Part shown: positions 37,357 through 40,488 of the stretch, piece by piece | Layout of the letters: each line of letters starts with the position of its first letter | How positions within the stretch are numbered: position 1 is the stretch's first letter | From: an uncultured Cellvibrionaceae bacterium | GTDB lineage: Bacteria; Pseudomonadota; Gammaproteobacteria; Pseudomonadales; Cellvibrionaceae | Reading direction: 5' to 3' | Assembly (NCBI GenBank): GCA_964537795.1 | Contig: CAZICR010000001.1 | Location: forward strand, 1 to 40,488 | DNA length: 40,488 nt | The notes under the pieces: generated by a model | The model's database searches: none | Seen by the model: only the letters and a program-made list of their open reading frames with translations | What the model was told of the DNA's origin: nothing | Translations under genes and position numbers: made by a program

Positions 37357-38119
37357 TTAAAAACCTAAACAGACTAGAAATGTACCAGCGAAAGTGTTTA
37401 CTAAATATATTTCTATTCTGATAAGCGCCAACATGTACTGCCTTTATATTTTTAAGAAAAACGACAGCAAAGCCAAATATTTTATTTGACCGGTAACAAA
37501 TGTCTACATCCTCATAATACATGAAGTAATTTTCATCAAAACCATTAAGCTTATTGTAAAGCTCAACGCTAAAGCCTAAAAAAGCACCAGAGGCCCAATC
37601 TACCTTGGAAAAGTTACTAACTGCATTCTTGTCAACTGGTGTACAAATAGGCTGCTTTGCAAAAGCTTTAACAACTGAACGCCAAGTAGGAAAAGCCCTG
37701 AGTGAATTCTCAGGAATAGTAAAAAATACGTCTTTGAAAAGATTAACAGTAAATAAATCTAGCTGATTTTCTGTTAGTAAAATTTTCATATCATTGAACA
37801 TCTCTAACGAGATATCTACATCAGGATTAACGACTAAAAAATAATCACTCTTTTCCATTCCTAGTTCTGATTTACAGTAATTAAAAACAAAATTATTATT
37901 TGAACCAAACCCAAGTGCTGAATCAGATGTCAAATAAATAAATTTACTCTCATGACAGAACAATTTAAGCTCTTCTTGAACAAGATTATCTTTGATTATA
38001 ACAAATACATCATGTTGCTGAGCAATTTTCTGGAGCTCGATATTAGATTTTATATAGTTAAGATGGCCATGAGAGACAATTGACAGGTAAAAACAAATTC
38101 TTCGATTGCTGTTCATCAA
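37331..38119 (-). CDS. GT2-family glycosyltransferase (rhamnosyltransferase-like)
   Basis: SIVSHGH, GFGSNNN, VNPD, DWASGAF and GFDENYFMYYEDVD motifs; directly downstream of rml genes. Confidence 0.85.
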   Translation of the reverse strand: MMNSNRRICFYLSIVSHGHLNYIKSNIELQKIAQQHDVFVIIKDNLVQEELKLFCHESKFIYLTSDSALGFGSNNNFVFNYCKSELGMEKSDYFLVVNPDVDISLEMFNDMKILLTENQLDLFTVNLFKDVFFTIPENSLRAFPTWRSVVKAFAKQPICTPVDKNAVSNFSKVDWASGAFLGFSVELYNKLNGFDENYFMYYEDVDICYRSNKIFGFAVVFLKNIKAVHVGAYQNRNIFSKHFRWYISSLFRFLNGAKRFGN

Positions 38120-39021
38120 TTATCCTTGTGATATTTTATTGAAACAATTACATCCTTGACACATTCACGCCAATATTTACCTTGCATAATCACATGACTA
38201 TTCGTTTGATCAAGTAAACTGAATGCTGGCCTTGTTGCTCTAGCAGAGTAATCTTTTGATTTAATTGGATTAATTCTAACTGTTTTCTCAAGCAATCCTA
38301 ACGATAATGAATATTCATAAATAGCTTGTGCGAAGTCGTACCATGAAGCGACCCCATAATCAGACCAGTTATAAATTGGTTGAACTTCTTCAAGCTCAGC
38401 AACTTTTAAAATAAACAAACTTAGCCCAACAGCACTAGTTGGACAAGAAATCTGATCATCAACGACATTAATTTCATTTTTTAGACGCATTACTTTCAAC
38501 ATCGTTTTCAAAAAATTATTGCCGTATTTAGAATATAACCAGGAAGTTCTGATAATGCTAAAGTTAGCGTTATTATATCCTAGTATCTCGAGTTCACCAG
38601 CCGCTTTAGACTTCCCATAAACACTAAGTGGCAGAGGCAAATCATCAACATGATAAGCGACAGATTTACTTCCATCAAAAACAAAATCTGTCGATATATG
38701 AATCAATCTGCAACCCGATATGTGGCAAACTTCTGCAATATTTTTTACTGCACTTTTATTCAATAAAAATGCAGCTTCATGTTCTACCTCGGCATTATCA
38801 ACTGCAGTGTACGCAGCAGTATTGATAACAACTGAAGGCTTGTGTTTAAAAACGAACTCTTGTATGGAAGAAATGTCTGTAATATCCACATCAGAACGAC
38901 CAGCAAAAATCATCTCAGTGTTTTCTGGTTTACAGGCAAACAACTGCTGAGCTAACTGGCCAGACTTTCCAATAATGAGTATTTTCAAATTAGATGCATT
39001 ATCCAAAAAAAACCCCAACAA
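38116..39021 (-). CDS. rmlD: dTDP-4-dehydrorhamnose reductase
   Basis: G..GQL, AAYTAVD.AE, ISTDFVFDG, YGKSK, VVDDQ..PT and RPAFS.LD; true start possibly TTG at 38988 (MKILIIG). Confidence 0.93.
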   Translation of the reverse strand: MLGFFLDNASNLKILIIGKSGQLAQQLFACKPENTEMIFAGRSDVDITDISSIQEFVFKHKPSVVINTAAYTAVDNAEVEHEAAFLLNKSAVKNIAEVCHISGCRLIHISTDFVFDGSKSVAYHVDDLPLPLSVYGKSKAAGELEILGYNNANFSIIRTSWLYSKYGNNFLKTMLKVMRLKNEINVVDDQISCPTSAVGLSLFILKVAELEEVQPIYNWSDYGVASWYDFAQAIYEYSLSLGLLEKTVRINPIKSKDYSARATRPAFSLLDQTNSHVIMQGKYWRECVKDVIVSIKYHKDN

Positions 39022-39031
39022 TTTCGTTGTT

Positions 39032-40090
39032 TTAAATACGCTTTGAAAGAACCGAATTACACCAATCTAAATTATCAAGATACCATTGAACAGTTTTTCT
39101 AAGACCTGAATCGAAGGTTTCCTCTGGGATCCAGCCAAGTTCTTTTTCTATTTTGCTGGCGTCAATGGCATACCGAAAATCATGGCCTGGTCTGTCAGTA
39201 ACATATTCAATCAAAGAAGCAAAACCATTTGGGTATCCTGATGATAAAGAAAACTTATTCTCAGGGGCTAATTCCTCTAAGAGTTCACAGATTTTGTGAA
39301 CAACATCGATATTTTTTTTCTCATTATGCCCACCAATATTATAAGTTTCACCCACAGTACCTTCTGATACAACTTTCCACAAAGCTCTCGCGTGGTCTTC
39401 AACATACAACCAATCTCTTATTTGGTTACCTTGTCCATAGACTGGAAGCGGTCGACCAGATAATGCATTGATTATCATTAATGGTATTAATTTTTCAGGA
39501 AAATGATAAGGACCATAATTGTTAGAACAATTAGACACTATTGTAGGTAAGCCATAAGTTCTATTCCAAGCACGTACTAGGTGATCAGAAGCAGCTTTAC
39601 TTGCTGAATAAGGACTACTTGGCGAATATGGTGTTGTCTCCGTAAAATAATCATCTGTACCATGTAAATCACCAAAGACTTCATCAGTTGAAATGTGATG
39701 AAATCTAAATTCGGCCTTTTTAGTTGGTATTAATTTATTCCAATATCTTCTTGAAGCCTCTAACATGTTATAGGTGCCAACAATATTCGTTTCAATAAAC
39801 TCACCAGGTCCATTGATTGAACGATCAACATGACTTTCAGCAGCTAGGTGCATAACGAAATCAGGTTTATACAAATCAAAAATACGATTTAAATTTTCGC
39901 TGTCACAAATATCAACACATTCAAAACTATATCTAGGATCAGTAGAAACAGATAATAAAGATTCTAAGTTACCAGCATAAGTTAATTTATCAACATTAAC
40001 AATGCTATGTTTAGTGTTTTTAATAATATGCCTTACAACGGCAGAACCAATAAATCCTGCTCCACCAGTAACTAAAATAGTTTTTTTCAT
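39032..40090 (-). CDS. rmlB: dTDP-glucose 4,6-dehydratase
   Basis: [43 protein letters not shown] and DRPGHD.RYAID motifs. Confidence 0.97.
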   Translation of the reverse strand: MKKTILVTGGAGFIGSAVVRHIIKNTKHSIVNVDKLTYAGNLESLLSVSTDPRYSFECVDICDSENLNRIFDLYKPDFVMHLAAESHVDRSINGPGEFIETNIVGTYNMLEASRRYWNKLIPTKKAEFRFHHISTDEVFGDLHGTDDYFTETTPYSPSSPYSASKAASDHLVRAWNRTYGLPTIVSNCSNNYGPYHFPEKLIPLMIINALSGRPLPVYGQGNQIRDWLYVEDHARALWKVVSEGTVGETYNIGGHNEKKNIDVVHKICELLEELAPENKFSLSSGYPNGFASLIEYVTDRPGHDFRYAIDASKIEKELGWIPEETFDSGLRKTVQWYLDNLDWCNSVLSKRI

Positions 40091-40100
40091 TTACACTGAC

Positions 40101-40487
40101 TCATTCAAAAAATTTTGATTCAATAAAAGCACTACCACACTTATCTTTAGCAGATAAAATAGGTGGTGCTCCTGGAATTAGTGGCCATTCGATACCAACA
40201 TCGATATCATTCCAAAGCAAGCTATACTCATCACCAGGTGCATAGTAGTCAGTACATTTATATACGAACTCTGCTGTTTCTGATGTCACATAAAAACCAT
40301 GCGCAAATCCAGCGGGTATCCATAATTGACGTTTGTTTTCAGCTGATAAGTAATAACCAACCCATTTGCCAAATGTAGGGCTGGAACGCCTCATGTCCAC
40401 AGCAACATCGAAAACTTCACCTGAAACAACTCTGACAAGCTTTCCTTGCGGTTGATTAAGCTGATAATGCAAACCTCTAAGAATGCC
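40101..40487 (-). CDS. rmlC: dTDP-4-dehydrorhamnose 3,5-epimerase, 5'-truncated by the window edge
   Basis: Frame stays open to the edge (GILRGLHYQ); QGKLVRV, DVAVD.R..SPTFG.W, GFAHGF and YKCTDYY motifs. Confidence 0.95.
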   Translation of the reverse strand, partial: GILRGLHYQLNQPQGKLVRVVSGEVFDVAVDMRRSSPTFGKWVGYYLSAENKRQLWIPAGFAHGFYVTSETAEFVYKCTDYYAPGDEYSLLWNDIDVGIEWPLIPGAPPILSAKDKCGSAFIESKFFE

Positions 40488-40488
40488 T

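Larger units (their letters stand above)
9335..40488 (-). other. Surface polysaccharide (O-antigen / group 4-like capsule) gene region, continuing beyond the window
   Basis: 25 co-oriented minus-strand genes for nucleotide-sugar synthesis, modification, transfer, flipping, polymerisation and export. Confidence 0.93.

Noticed and set aside
26700-39015. A/T homopolymers of 8-9 nt as phase-variation tracts (e.g. 26710, 26988, 30387, 30740, 39005)
   Set aside because: Expected in such AT-rich DNA; all ORFs are intact and there are no long G/C tracts.

Overview
Gammaproteobacterial chromosome segment; gene content and order suggest an Alteromonadales/Rheinheimera-like organism (inference only). 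Bases 1-9.1 kb hold housekeeping genes: end of the rnf/rsx operon, nth, gloA, aspartoacylase, bfd, DUF2750, YqaA/DedA, MAPEG, tdk and a glycosyltransferase. This part is interrupted by a long HUH/Y1 (RAYT-like) transposase bracketed by inverted GGCCATCCA/TGGATGGCC motifs. The same 16-bp end (AATACAGGCCATCCAT) bounds two 91-bp miniature elements about 2 kb downstream, giving an apparent autonomous/non-autonomous pair whose ends lack the classical GTAG+hairpin REP form. Bases 9.3-40.5 kb are one minus-strand surface-polysaccharide region. In transcription order it contains rmlC-B-D, a GT2, a WbpV-like reductase, a large SLBB/OPX exporter, wzz, a low-GC wzx/wzy block with a Cys-less AsnB homologue, a wbuXYZ-like amidination module, a bi-domain oxidoreductase/heparinase-like/GT4 module, an initiating transferase and a wbpM/pglF-like dehydratase. 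It ends in a gfcA/yjbE-like small secreted Thr-rich protein and gfcBCD/yjbFGH, separated by a terminator and a second, unrelated GTAG-type REP/BIME array with IHF-like sites. All calls come from motif recognition by eye; no searches were run.
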